A DNA stretch of 64,000 nt, taken from the NCBI GenBank assembly GCA_964291235.2, contig OZ219816.1:640001-704000 (forward strand), given 5' to 3'. This document shows positions 9,697-19,253 of this stretch, piece after piece. How positions within the stretch are numbered: position 1 is the stretch's first letter; the number at the start of each line of letters is the position of its first letter. Source of the DNA: Vicinamibacteria bacterium. Lineage in GTDB: Bacteria > Acidobacteriota > Vicinamibacteria > Marinacidobacterales > Marinacidobacteraceae. A program made the position numbers and the translations under genes. The notes beneath the pieces are model-generated. The model searched no databases and was not told where the DNA came from. It saw only the letters and a program-made list of their open reading frames with translations.

Positions 9697-11898
9697 TCAG
9701 TCCACCCGCACCAGGACCATCGTCAGGTCATCGGTGTACGTCTCGGAGCCCGTGAACTCCAGGACCGCGTTTTCGACCCTCCGCTGCAGATCTGCCGGCG
9801 GCAGGGCCGCCCCCTCCTCAAGGAGCCGCATCAGTCTTTCCTCCCCAAACATGTCGGACTCGGAGTTCATCGCTTCGGAGACGCCGTCCGTAAAAAAGAG
9901 CCAGGTTTCCCCGCGGTTGAGACGCTCGGAGCGCTCTTCGAGGATTTCGTCGAAGACCGGTCCGGGATCCAGGGCCAACCCGAGCCCGGCGGGAACCAGC
10001 GCTTCCGAGCGAGGCCAGTCCCCGTCCCGCCGGATCAGGTGAAGGAGCGGGCTGTGGCCCGCCCGCGCGAAAGTTACCCGACCTGCCGCGGAGTCGAACA
10101 CCGCGTAGGTGATGGTGATGAAGGTGCGGGCATCGAGTGCGTTGTGAAGCACCCGGTTGGCCTCCACCAGAACCTTGCGGGGAGATTCGTGGATTCGGCT
10201 CAGGGCGAGCATCAGGCCCTTGAGTTCCGCCATGATGAACGCCGCCCGGGTCCCGGTCCCGGAGACGTCCGCGATCACGACCCCGAGCCGATTCGGCCCC
10301 AGCGGGATCAGGTCGTAGTAGTCGCCCCCGACCTCGGTTGCCGGCCGGCAGACGGCGGCGAGGGCGAATCCCGGCACGAGGACGGATCCCTCGGGAGGGA
10401 GAAGGCGCGCCTGCGACTGCCGCGCCGTTTCCATCTCCTGCTCGAGCACCGCCGCGCGCCGCAGACGTCCCATGTCGTCGGCAATCTTGGCGGTCATGAT
10501 GTTGAAGGAACTGGCGAGCTCTCCGAGCTGGTCGGGGGACGCGGCGTGCACCTGATGGCCGAAATTTCCGCTGCGAACCAGGTCCGTTCCCTGGCTCAGC
10601 GCCTCGACCGATCGGGTGATCGAGCGCGCCAGCCGGAGCCCGGCGGCGAACGCGACACCCTCGATGAGCAAGAAGACGACGGCCAGGGCGCCGAGGACGA
10701 GCAGCAAACCGCTGCGCCAATCCTGGTTGCTGATGGCCACGGACTCCGAGAGCCCGCTCGTGGTCCCCTGGATCAGGTGGATCGGGGCGAAGCCGATCGC
10801 CACCATGACCGTGCCTCCCTCCATGTCGGGTCCCCAGGGAACGGCCTCGAGCAACAGCGGCTCGTCCCAGTCGATGGTGAAGCGGTCGCTTTCGGCCCCC
10901 GGGAAACGCAGTGGCGCCGGCGGGTTCTCGCTCTCGTCGCCGAGGTAGAGCGCCCAGACGGTGCGAACGATCAGATCTTCCTCCCGGGCGCTTTGCTCGA
11001 GGAGCGGCGCGAGCGGAGACAGCACCAGCGCGAGGCGATCCCCGCCCGGGGCCGGGACCAGGGCGCCGAACCAATCGTCGTCCTCCATCTGCACCACGCC
11101 CTCGTAGGGGCCGAGCGCCCACTCCGGGACCGGATCGGACTCCCGGATGGGGCCGCCGTCACCGGAACCCGTCAGCTGGACGATGCGGCCCTCCTCGACT
11201 TCGAGAAGCCAGGCCGCCGCGCCCGGAGCGAAAGGAGTGACCCGGGCGACGGCCTCCTCGAGTCCGCGAGCGATTTCCGGCGGAGCGGATCCTGGTGGAA
11301 TCTCCAGGAGGGTTTGCCTGGCGGCGGAAGCGAATGCCATGCCCCGGGCCCCCAGGTTCGTCTGGAAGGCGTAGGACCCGTAGAGCCCCAACACCACGTA
11401 GAAGGCGAGCAGGAAGAACGCACTGAGCAGCAGGACGGGTAACAGCCCCACGAAGAGATAGGAGACCGCCAACTTCCGGCGCACCGGATAGAGCAGCCAC
11501 TGAAGCAGGTCGCGCCCGAAGTACACGACGACCGCCCCCAGCGTGATGGCGAAGACCGTCCAGGCGTCGGCCGTCCAGGAGCGGGGCAGGGCGCCCGCCG
11601 AGGACAGCGAGGCGACGGCTCCGACACCGAGCAGGAATCGACCGGGCCAGGAGCGGGCCAGCGCCCGTGCCGCGCGCTCGAGGCCCTTGAGGAGCGAGCC
11701 GGAGTGCGCCGGCGTCGCCGGGGAGGAGGCGGGAGGGGAGGCCGGCGTGGCCGGACGTCCCGTGGGCTGCGTTGAGTCTTGGGTTGAGATGTTCTGGTGT
11801 GCGGGTGTTTCAGGAAGGGCAGTTGGCCGGATTGCCGAATCCGGGCCGTTCCCCGTGAGCTCCGGTTCGGCGCTTTTCGGCGGGGTACGCGCTCTCAC
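9697..11898 (-). CDS. Membrane HAMP-domain PP2C/SpoIIE (RsbU-like) phosphatase
   Basis: Several TM helices, HAMP (DQLGELASSFNIM), SpoIIE motifs EVGGDYYD, IADVSG, RAGH.P, FTDGVSEA, DDLTMV. Start position is uncertain. Confidence 0.88.
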   Translation of the reverse strand: MRARTPPKSAEPELTGNGPDSAIRPTALPETPAHQNISTQDSTQPTGRPATPASPPASSPATPAHSGSLLKGLERAARALARSWPGRFLLGVGAVASLSSAGALPRSWTADAWTVFAITLGAVVVYFGRDLLQWLLYPVRRKLAVSYLFVGLLPVLLLSAFFLLAFYVVLGLYGSYAFQTNLGARGMAFASAARQTLLEIPPGSAPPEIARGLEEAVARVTPFAPGAAAWLLEVEEGRIVQLTGSGDGGPIRESDPVPEWALGPYEGVVQMEDDDWFGALVPAPGGDRLALVLSPLAPLLEQSAREEDLIVRTVWALYLGDESENPPAPLRFPGAESDRFTIDWDEPLLLEAVPWGPDMEGGTVMVAIGFAPIHLIQGTTSGLSESVAISNQDWRSGLLLVLGALAVVFLLIEGVAFAAGLRLARSITRSVEALSQGTDLVRSGNFGHQVHAASPDQLGELASSFNIMTAKIADDMGRLRRAAVLEQEMETARQSQARLLPPEGSVLVPGFALAAVCRPATEVGGDYYDLIPLGPNRLGVVIADVSGTGTRAAFIMAELKGLMLALSRIHESPRKVLVEANRVLHNALDARTFITITYAVFDSAAGRVTFARAGHSPLLHLIRRDGDWPRSEALVPAGLGLALDPGPVFDEILEERSERLNRGETWLFFTDGVSEAMNSESDMFGEERLMRLLEEGAALPPADLQRRVENAVLEFTGSETYTDDLTMVLVRVD

Positions 11899-12137
11899 AC
11901 TCGAAACCCGACGGCTCGGCGCCGGCTGCGGAACGGGTCAAATGCCCAACTGCGGTGCGGTGCCGAGATGCCGGGTCTGGCGACGGTTCTGAACCGGAAC
12001 GCGCAATAGATCGGCCAGATTCCGCCAGGCGAGGCCCCGCTTGGAATGGTCCGAACACCGCGATACGGGTCGGAAGCGCCGGCGCGCGCCGGTCTGGTGT
12101 GATCCGCCGACGTCCCGAGTGCTCCATGGAATCCTAG

Positions 12138-12316
12138 CAGCCTGTGGTGAAACCCGCGTGAGCGCCGAGACGGGCGAGGCGCCCGGCTGACAAGGCGCGT
12201 GAGGGAGGAATACCGAGTGTATTTCGACCGAAACGCAACGATGAGCGCCTCGTAGAGGTGCGGTTCAGCCGGGATGCACCGCCTGTTGAACGCCACGTGG
12301 GTTTTGCCACAGGCTG
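12138..12316. mobile_element. MITE family A, full-length copy
   Basis: Terminal inverted repeats CAGCCTGTGGTGAAACCC...GGGTTTTGCCACAGGCTG, flanked by CTAG on both sides. The interior is shared with the copy at 30742. Confidence 0.8.
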
Positions 12317-12377
12317 CTAGCAGCCCTTGAACTGGGTCAGCCGGGCGGCGCGCCGTACACTCCGGCTGGTCACCGCC

Positions 12378-13151
12378 ATGGGTCTTGCACATCGCTGCCT
12401 CCCCGGAGCCCTCGTTCTGTTGGCCGGGCTTGCCGCGGCCGAACCGATGCCCGTTTCCCAGGTTGCCGAAGAAGGGCCGTTTGCCGTGCGGCTCCATGGG
12501 GTGGTGAAACAGCAAGCCGGGGGGATGGCGCTCTTGCAGTTCGGCGCCGGTCGGCCGCTCACGCTCCGGGTCGGCGATTCCCATGGGGGATTCACGTTGG
12601 TTCAACTGCTCGCCGATGGCGTGCGGATGAAGGCTCCGGACGGTGAGACGTTCGACGTGGATTTGCCCGGTGCTTTCGCCCCAGCGGAGGTTGGGAAGTC
12701 TCCGACCGCTCCGCAGCCCTCCGCGCGAATGGGGTCCCCGGCGGAACCTCCGTCCGGCGCCGCAGTGCTGCTGGAATCTCCGCCGGACATACCGCTCGCG
12801 GCCCCGGCCTCGGGGGATCCGGAGGCAACGGGAGAGAGGACCTTTTCGCGAGACGAGGTGCGCCTCCGGCTCCAGACCGAGCTACCGCGGATCCTGGCGA
12901 GTGCGGTCGTGGCTCCGCGGGTGCTGGGACACGAGGTCGCCGGACTGGAACTGGTCGCCTTTCCGACGGATACGGTGCTCGGCGAAACGGGACTGGTTCC
13001 GGGCGACGTCTTGTTGACCGTCAACGGCAGGGACGTTCGCGGAGCCGAGTCCCTGGCCGTACTCGTCCAGCGGTTCCAGACGGCAAGCCAGATCGACCTG
13101 ACGGTGGATCGCGACGGAGAGATTCTTCCGTTGCGCTACCGGATCGAGTAG
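12378..13151 (+). CDS. GspC-like PDZ-domain protein (type II secretion protein C-like)
   Basis: N-terminal hydrophobic segment, HR-like region (VRLHGVV...LRVGDSHGGFTLVQLLADGV), C-terminal PDZ (GLVPGDVLLTVNG...LTVDRDG). Confidence 0.65.
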   Translation: MGLAHRCLPGALVLLAGLAAAEPMPVSQVAEEGPFAVRLHGVVKQQAGGMALLQFGAGRPLTLRVGDSHGGFTLVQLLADGVRMKAPDGETFDVDLPGAFAPAEVGKSPTAPQPSARMGSPAEPPSGAAVLLESPPDIPLAAPASGDPEATGERTFSRDEVRLRLQTELPRILASAVVAPRVLGHEVAGLELVAFPTDTVLGETGLVPGDVLLTVNGRDVRGAESLAVLVQRFQTASQIDLTVDRDGEILPLRYRIE

Positions 13152-13275
13152 GCGAGCCTTCGAACCCATTCCAGGCGCCGTCCCGCAAGCGCGCCGGAAC
13201 GCGTGTTGTGGGGCCGCGCGTCGGTCCGCGTCAGTGAAACGTCGGTGAGAGATCCGATGCGATGTCCGGGAGGCG

Positions 13276-13689
13276 TCAGCGCGGTGTCCGGGCGCCTGGT
13301 CCGGGCGGTTGGAGCAAGACGACGATCTCACCCGGCTCCACCAGTTGGTGATGGGTCTTGGCGTGGACTTCGAGTGCGGCCGGATCCTGCCGCAGCGACG
13401 CGATGGAATCCCGCAGCCCGGTGGCTTCCAGGGAAAGGCGCTCCACCTCGGTGGCCAACCGGTCCCGAAGCCGGCCCTGTTCGGTCAGCGATTCGAGGCC
13501 GCTGACGCCGACGGCGGCGGCGGACACCCCGATGAGCACGATGGCGACGATGGGCGCCGCCCGCCCGGTCCGCTCGACCGCAATCCGCCCCCATCCGGCA
13601 ACGCCCTGCAGAACCCGACCGGCGGCAGCGGCGAGCTTGCGACGCGACTCGCCAAGCGTGGAGTTGACCGCCTCAATTGAGAAGTTCAT
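13276..13689 (-). CDS. ftsB: Septum formation initiator FtsB/DivIC family protein
   Basis: One TM helix followed by a coiled coil and LRQDPAALEVHAK...LVEPGEIV. Start may be 13731. Confidence 0.7.
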   Translation of the reverse strand: MNFSIEAVNSTLGESRRKLAAAAGRVLQGVAGWGRIAVERTGRAAPIVAIVLIGVSAAAVGVSGLESLTEQGRLRDRLATEVERLSLEATGLRDSIASLRQDPAALEVHAKTHHQLVEPGEIVVLLQPPGPGARTPR

Positions 13690-13773
13690 GGATCCGGCAA
13701 GAAATCTGCCGAGGTAGGGCTTCGCGCCCATTGTATGCGGAAGGGCGGTAGCGCCGGCCGGATCTTGGCATGA

Positions 13774-13829
13774 CAGCCCGGTGGTGAAACCCGCGTGAGC
13801 GCCGAGAGGCGGGGTCTTGCTGGCGGCTG
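13774..13829. mobile_element. MITE family A, internally deleted copy at the valS stop codon
   Basis: CAGCCCGGTGGTGAAACCCGCGTGAGCGCCGAG...GGGGTCTTGCTGGCGGCTG followed by TTAG, which contains the valS TAA. Confidence 0.65.
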
Positions 13830-16742
13830 TTAGCGGGCCGCGCCGAGTTGCTCGGCAAGTTCCGCGAGTCGCTCGGCCTGATCGTTCAGGGAGGCGAGCC
13901 GCTCCCGCGCCTTGCTCACCACCGCGGGATCGGCGCGTTCGACAAAGCCGGCATTGGACAGGCGTTTCCGGGTGCTCTCCCGCTCCTTGTCGATGCGCTG
14001 CCGCTGTTTCGCGAGGCGGTGCCGCACGGCTTCGAGATCGACCGCCTGGCCCAGGTTGGTGCGCGCTTCGAACGCCGGGTCCACGACCGAAACCTGCCCC
14101 GCCGCCGTGGCCTCGTCGGCGTCTCGGCCGGTTGCCGATCCCGCTTCGGCGCGGCCGGCCACCGAGATGGACGACAAGCGGGCCAGGGAGCAGACCGGGC
14201 CGCTGCACTCCGCGAGCAGCGAGCCGAATCCGGTCAGCCCGCGGGATTCCCGCACCGACACCGCAAGTCGCAGGTCCGGGGGCAGTCCCGCATCGGCCCG
14301 GATCTTCCTGATCCCGCTGACCAGCCGCTGGAGGGCCTCGAATCGTTCTTCCAGCGCCCGGTCCCGCATTCCTCCCGCCGCCGGAAAGGCAGAGCGGGCC
14401 AGCAGGTCCTGGGTCGGGCGGTTGCCGTTCCACAGGTTCTTCTGGTCCATGGCCAGTCGGAGCCGGGAGAAGAGGTGCTCCGTTACGTAGGGAGTTACGG
14501 GATGAAGCAGGTGCAGGGTGTCGCTCAACACCGTCCCGAGGGTGGCGGCAGTGCGTCGCGCCGCCGCCGGGCCGGAGCGCAGGCGCACCTTGGCGAGTTC
14601 GACGTACCAGTCGCAGAGGTCGTTCCAGACGAATCGGTAGAGGACGCTGCCCACCGCGGAAAAGTCGAACTCGTCGAGGGCTCTCCGGACCTCATCGGCG
14701 CAGGCGCTCGCCCGGGAGATGATCCACCGGTCCTCGGCCTGCGGGTCCCCCAGGGGGCCGTCCGCTTCGATCTCGTCGAGAGCGAGCAGCGCGAAGCGGG
14801 ACGCATTCCAGAGCTTGGTGAGGAAGCGCCGGCCGATCTCGTGGAACTTGGCCAGCGACAGGCGCATCTCCTGTCCCTCGGAGCAAAGCCGCACCAGGGT
14901 GAACCGCAAGGCGTCGGCGCCCACGCCCTCGAAGCCATCCGGGAAACTCCGCTCGACCCGGCGCAGCAACTCCTTCATGTTCGTGGGACGCGCCTCTCGG
15001 ACCGGCCGCTGGAGGTCCGACAGCGTGGCGCCGTCGATCACCGCGAGCGGGTCCACTCCGTTTCCCTTGCTCTTGCTCATGACCGCGCCCCGTTCGTCGA
15101 GCACGGTGGGATGGATGTAAACATCCCGGTAGGGGAGCTGGCCGGTCATCTCGATCCCGGCGAAGTTCATCCGCGCGACCCAGAAGAAGAGGATTCCCTT
15201 GTCGGTGGAGAGGACTGACGTGGGGAAGTAGCGCGCCAGGTCCGGCGTCTCGTCCGGCCATCCGAGGGTGCTCATCGGCCAGAGCCAGGAACTGAACCAG
15301 GTGTCCAGGACGTCTTCGTCCTGACGCCAGGAGTCCGGGTCGGCGAGCACCTCCGGGGGAGTCTCCACCCCCACTGCCACGCGGCCCGTCTCCCGGTGAT
15401 GCCACGCGGGGATGCGGTGCCCCCACCAGATCTGCCGGCTGATCGTCCAGTCGCGGATCTCGATGAGCCAGCGGGCATAGACCTGTTCCCAGCGGGCCGG
15501 ATGGAAGCGGACCTCCCCCTCGCGCACCTTTGCCCATCCGTCCTCGCGCTTCTCGAAGCCGCTGCGACGAAGCGCCCGGTCGGCGAGCGGGCGCATCCGC
15601 ACGAACCACTGGTCGGAAAGGCGGTATTCGATGGGAGCTCCCGAGCGCTGCGCCCGGCCGAGCGGCACCTGATGCGGGGTCACCGCCTCGAGAAGGCCGG
15701 CGGCGTCCAGCGCGGTGACGGCTTCCCGGCGCGCCTCGTAGCGGTCGAGGCCACGGAACGCCTCGGGTACTTCGTCGTTGAGGGTTGCATCCTCATGCAT
15801 GACGTTTCGGGGAACGAGGCCGTGACGCTCTCCGATTTCGAAGTCGTGCGGGTCATGCGCGGGAGTGATCTTGAGACAACCGGTCCCGAAGTCCCGCTCC
15901 ACCCCGGAGTCGGCGATTACCGGAATTGACCGCCCGGTGAGGGGGAGGTGGACCTTCCGGCCGATGAAGTCGCCATACCGGGGATCTTCGGGGTGTACCG
16001 CGACCGCAACGTCTCCGAACAGTGTTTCGGGCCGGGTGGTCGCCACCGTGAGGCGCCGGCCGGGATCGCCCACCAACGGGTAGTGGATGCTCCACAGGTG
16101 ACCCGCCTCTCCCTCGGGCGCCGTTTCGACTTCGTCGTCGGAGAGTGCGGTCCGGTCCACCGGACACCAGTTGACGACGCGTTTCCCGCGATAGATGAGT
16201 CCACGGTCGTAGAGCGCCGCGAAGACGGTGCGCACCGCCCGGGAAAGCCCCTCGTCCATCGTGAACCGGGTGCGGCGGAAGTCGCAGGAACATCCCAGCT
16301 TCCGAAGCTGTTCCAGGATGACCCCCCCGAACTCCTCCCGCCATTTCCAGACCCGCTCCACGAAAGCCCCCCGTCCCAGCGCCCGGTAGTCCACGCCCTG
16401 GGCATCGAGGTGCTTGCGGACGACGGTCTGGGTGGAGATGCCCGCGTGGTCGGTTCCGGGGACCCAGAGGGCGTCGCGACCCTCCATCCGCCGGTAGCGG
16501 ACCAGCACATCCTGAATCGTGTTGTTGAGCGCGTGCCCCATGTGGAGGCGGCCGGTGATGTTGGGAGGCGGGATGACGATGGTGAAGGGTTTGCGTCCCG
16601 GGTCGCCGTCCGGCCGTATCCGGCCGGCGGAGTCCACCTCTGTTTCGAAGGCGCCGGCCCTTTCCCAGCGGTCCCACCCTTCGGCCTCGACGGCCGCCGG
16701 GTCGAAGCGGGTCGCGAGCGCTCCGTCCGGCCCGGTGCTCAT
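13830..16742 (-). CDS. valS: Valine--tRNA ligase
   Basis: PPPNITGRLHMGHA, PGTDHAGISTQ, ATTRPETLFGD, DWTISRQIWWGHRIP, DVLDTWFSS, VMSKSKGN, C-terminal coiled coil. Confidence 0.97.
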   Translation of the reverse strand: MSTGPDGALATRFDPAAVEAEGWDRWERAGAFETEVDSAGRIRPDGDPGRKPFTIVIPPPNITGRLHMGHALNNTIQDVLVRYRRMEGRDALWVPGTDHAGISTQTVVRKHLDAQGVDYRALGRGAFVERVWKWREEFGGVILEQLRKLGCSCDFRRTRFTMDEGLSRAVRTVFAALYDRGLIYRGKRVVNWCPVDRTALSDDEVETAPEGEAGHLWSIHYPLVGDPGRRLTVATTRPETLFGDVAVAVHPEDPRYGDFIGRKVHLPLTGRSIPVIADSGVERDFGTGCLKITPAHDPHDFEIGERHGLVPRNVMHEDATLNDEVPEAFRGLDRYEARREAVTALDAAGLLEAVTPHQVPLGRAQRSGAPIEYRLSDQWFVRMRPLADRALRRSGFEKREDGWAKVREGEVRFHPARWEQVYARWLIEIRDWTISRQIWWGHRIPAWHHRETGRVAVGVETPPEVLADPDSWRQDEDVLDTWFSSWLWPMSTLGWPDETPDLARYFPTSVLSTDKGILFFWVARMNFAGIEMTGQLPYRDVYIHPTVLDERGAVMSKSKGNGVDPLAVIDGATLSDLQRPVREARPTNMKELLRRVERSFPDGFEGVGADALRFTLVRLCSEGQEMRLSLAKFHEIGRRFLTKLWNASRFALLALDEIEADGPLGDPQAEDRWIISRASACADEVRRALDEFDFSAVGSVLYRFVWNDLCDWYVELAKVRLRSGPAAARRTAATLGTVLSDTLHLLHPVTPYVTEHLFSRLRLAMDQKNLWNGNRPTQDLLARSAFPAAGGMRDRALEERFEALQRLVSGIRKIRADAGLPPDLRLAVSVRESRGLTGFGSLLAECSGPVCSLARLSSISVAGRAEAGSATGRDADEATAAGQVSVVDPAFEARTNLGQAVDLEAVRHRLAKQRQRIDKERESTRKRLSNAGFVERADPAVVSKARERLASLNDQAERLAELAEQLGAAR

Positions 16743-16754
16743 TCCTGCGGCGAT

Positions 16755-17918
16755 CTATCGGCCGATGGCAGCAGCCAGCGTTGCTGCGCGGTCGGTGCTC
16801 TCCCAGGGAAAACCCGGGCCCTCGTGCCCGAAATGGCCGCCTTTCGCGGTGTTTTCGTAGATCGGCCGGCGCAGTTGAAAGTGGGCGATGATTTCTTTCG
16901 GGGTCAGACCGAAGACATCCCGCACCGCACGCTCGATCTCCCCATCGTCAGTCCTTCCGGTCCCGAACGTGTCCACCCGGACCGAGACCGGCTCCGCGCG
17001 CCCGATCGCGTACGCGATCTGTACTTCGGCCCGGCGCGCGAGGCCCCCCGCGACCACGTTTTTCGCGATGTAGCGCGCCATGTAGGCGGCCGAACGATCC
17101 ACCTTCGTCGGATCCTTCCCCGAAAAAGCGCCGCCGCCGTGGCGGGCCATCCCGCCGTAGGTGTCAACGATAATCTTCCGGCCCGTGAGTCCGCAGTCGG
17201 CCGCCGGGCCACCCTCCACGAACTTTCCGGTCGGGTTGACGAGCACTGCCGGTGATCCGACGCGAAACTCTTCCGGCAGTACGGGGAGCACCACCCCTTC
17301 CTCGATGTCGCGAACCACGCGGTCGAGAGCCTGCTCCTCGTGCTGGGAGGAAGCCACGACCGTGGGAACGGCAACAGGATTGCCGGTTGGGTCGTAAGCC
17401 ACGGTGACCTGCGCCTTCCCGTCCGGCCCCAGATACGGGATGTCGCCGTTTCTCCGCGCTTCGGTGAGCCGCCCCGTAATACGGTGGGCCAGCATGATGG
17501 GAAGCGGCATGAGCTCCGGCGTTTCATCGCACGCGAAGCCGAACATCATCCCCTGGTCTCCGGCGCCTCCGGTATCCACACCCATCGCGATGTCCGCCGT
17601 CTGGCGGCCCATGTGGATCTGGACGTCCACCGTGTCGGCGTCGAAGTCGTCGTCCCGGCCGGTGTACCCGATGCGGCGGATCGTTCGCCGGACCACCGCC
17701 TCGAGTTCGCCCCGGGTCGGGCCTCCCCGCGCCGTCGCTTCTCCGGCGATCACCGCGCGACCCGCGGTGACGAGGGTTTCGCAGGCGACCCGGGCCAGGG
17801 GATCCCGGCTCAGGAAGGTGTCGAGAACGGCGTCAGAGACCTGGTCCGCGACCTTGTCGGGATGGCCTTCGGTTACTGACTCGGAAGTAAAGAGCCGCAC
17901 GTCGCGGTCGGTTTGCAC
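16755..17918 (-). CDS. metK: S-adenosylmethionine synthetase
   Basis: [54 protein letters not shown] start is inferred. Confidence 0.97.
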   Translation of the reverse strand: MQTDRDVRLFTSESVTEGHPDKVADQVSDAVLDTFLSRDPLARVACETLVTAGRAVIAGEATARGGPTRGELEAVVRRTIRRIGYTGRDDDFDADTVDVQIHMGRQTADIAMGVDTGGAGDQGMMFGFACDETPELMPLPIMLAHRITGRLTEARRNGDIPYLGPDGKAQVTVAYDPTGNPVAVPTVVASSQHEEQALDRVVRDIEEGVVLPVLPEEFRVGSPAVLVNPTGKFVEGGPAADCGLTGRKIIVDTYGGMARHGGGAFSGKDPTKVDRSAAYMARYIAKNVVAGGLARRAEVQIAYAIGRAEPVSVRVDTFGTGRTDDGEIERAVRDVFGLTPKEIIAHFQLRRPIYENTAKGGHFGHEGPGFPWESTDRAATLAAAIGR

Positions 17919-18089
17919 GCTTGCAGAACACCTTCCTCGTCTTGGGTTCGTTGACCGGATGGGGGGGAGACGACCATCACCAATCGTCTCGGGAGCCGTC
18001 GCTGGGCGGCGCGCGATGATAGCAGTCCGGATGCCACCCGAAGCCGCGCCGACAGGCGCACGGGCGGCGTCCGTGGCGGTGGTGAACCA

Positions 18090-19223
18090 GTGACGCCAGC
18101 CCCGCCCCGGCCCACTGCGGTCATCCTGCTTGCGGGGAAGTCGCAGCGGACCTGGCCACTCACCGCCGACTTCCCGAAACCGTTGTTGCCGCTTTGGGGA
18201 AGACCCCTCACGGAGCGGGTACTCGACCAGTTGCACGGGCTGGTGGACACCGCAGTGCTGGTGGTCGGATACCGGAAGGAGCGGATCCTCGAGCACTTCG
18301 GCAAGAGCTACCGCGGGATCCGCCTGGTGCCCGTCGAGCAGGAGAGCGCCCGTGGCACCGCGGATGCGCTGCGGGTTGCCGCCACTGTGGTCGCGGGTCC
18401 GGTGCTGGCCTTGAACGGCGATGACTTCTACCACCATGAAGACCTCGCACGGGTGAGCGAGCACCCGACCGCCATCCTTTGCAAGGAGGCCAGTGACCCC
18501 TGGAACCGGGCGACCGTCACCGTGACCGACGGCGACTGGCTGGTGGACATGGAGGAAAAGCCGCCGGAGGCGAAACCGTGGGAGTTGAGCAGTGTGGGCG
18601 CCTACTCGTTGTCGCGGCGGGATCTGGACCATCTCGGCGAAGTCCAGGAGAGCGTGCGCGGCGAACTTGAATTGCCCGATCTCATTCGGATCCTGGCGCG
18701 TTCCCCGGGGGTGCGCGCCGTACGGGCCCGCCGTCCCTGGATTCCGCTCACCTATCCGTGGGACATCATCGGCCGCATCGTGCCGCTCTTCGGAGGTGAC
18801 CCGCCCGGAGAGGGCGCGCGCGCCCTCGGGTTCGAAACCGCCACCGGCGCGATGGGAGAGGGGGCGGTCTTTCTTGGAGAGGGCGCGTCGGTCCACCCGG
18901 ATGCCCGGTTGCGGGGGCCGGTTGAGCTCGGCCCCGGAGCCCGGATCGGGGCCGGGGCGGTCGTCGAACGGGCGGTCCTGATGGAAGGGGCGCGGGTCGG
19001 GCCGGAGGCGATTGTCCGGGACAGCGTGCTCGGACGCGGGGCCTTGGTGGGAGCTGGGGCCCGATTGCTCTCGGGGCCGGTCGAGCGGATCGAAGTGCTG
19101 GGGCACACCGCTCGGGTGGGGGTACCCGTCGTGGGGGCCTGCCTGGGGGCGAATGCGAGCGTTGTCGGCGGGGCGGAGCTGCCTCCGGGCACCCTGTTGG
19201 GTCCGGACGAGCGTTTCCGGTAG
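18090..19223 (+). CDS. Sugar-phosphate nucleotidyltransferase with a left-handed beta-helix (GlmU/RmlA-like)
   Basis: [43 protein letters not shown]-terminal hexapeptide repeats. Confidence 0.8.
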   Translation: MTPAPPRPTAVILLAGKSQRTWPLTADFPKPLLPLWGRPLTERVLDQLHGLVDTAVLVVGYRKERILEHFGKSYRGIRLVPVEQESARGTADALRVAATVVAGPVLALNGDDFYHHEDLARVSEHPTAILCKEASDPWNRATVTVTDGDWLVDMEEKPPEAKPWELSSVGAYSLSRRDLDHLGEVQESVRGELELPDLIRILARSPGVRAVRARRPWIPLTYPWDIIGRIVPLFGGDPPGEGARALGFETATGAMGEGAVFLGEGASVHPDARLRGPVELGPGARIGAGAVVERAVLMEGARVGPEAIVRDSVLGRGALVGAGARLLSGPVERIEVLGHTARVGVPVVGACLGANASVVGGAELPPGTLLGPDERFR

Positions 19224-19253
19224 GCGGCCTCCGCCGCTGGTGACGCGGTCAGG

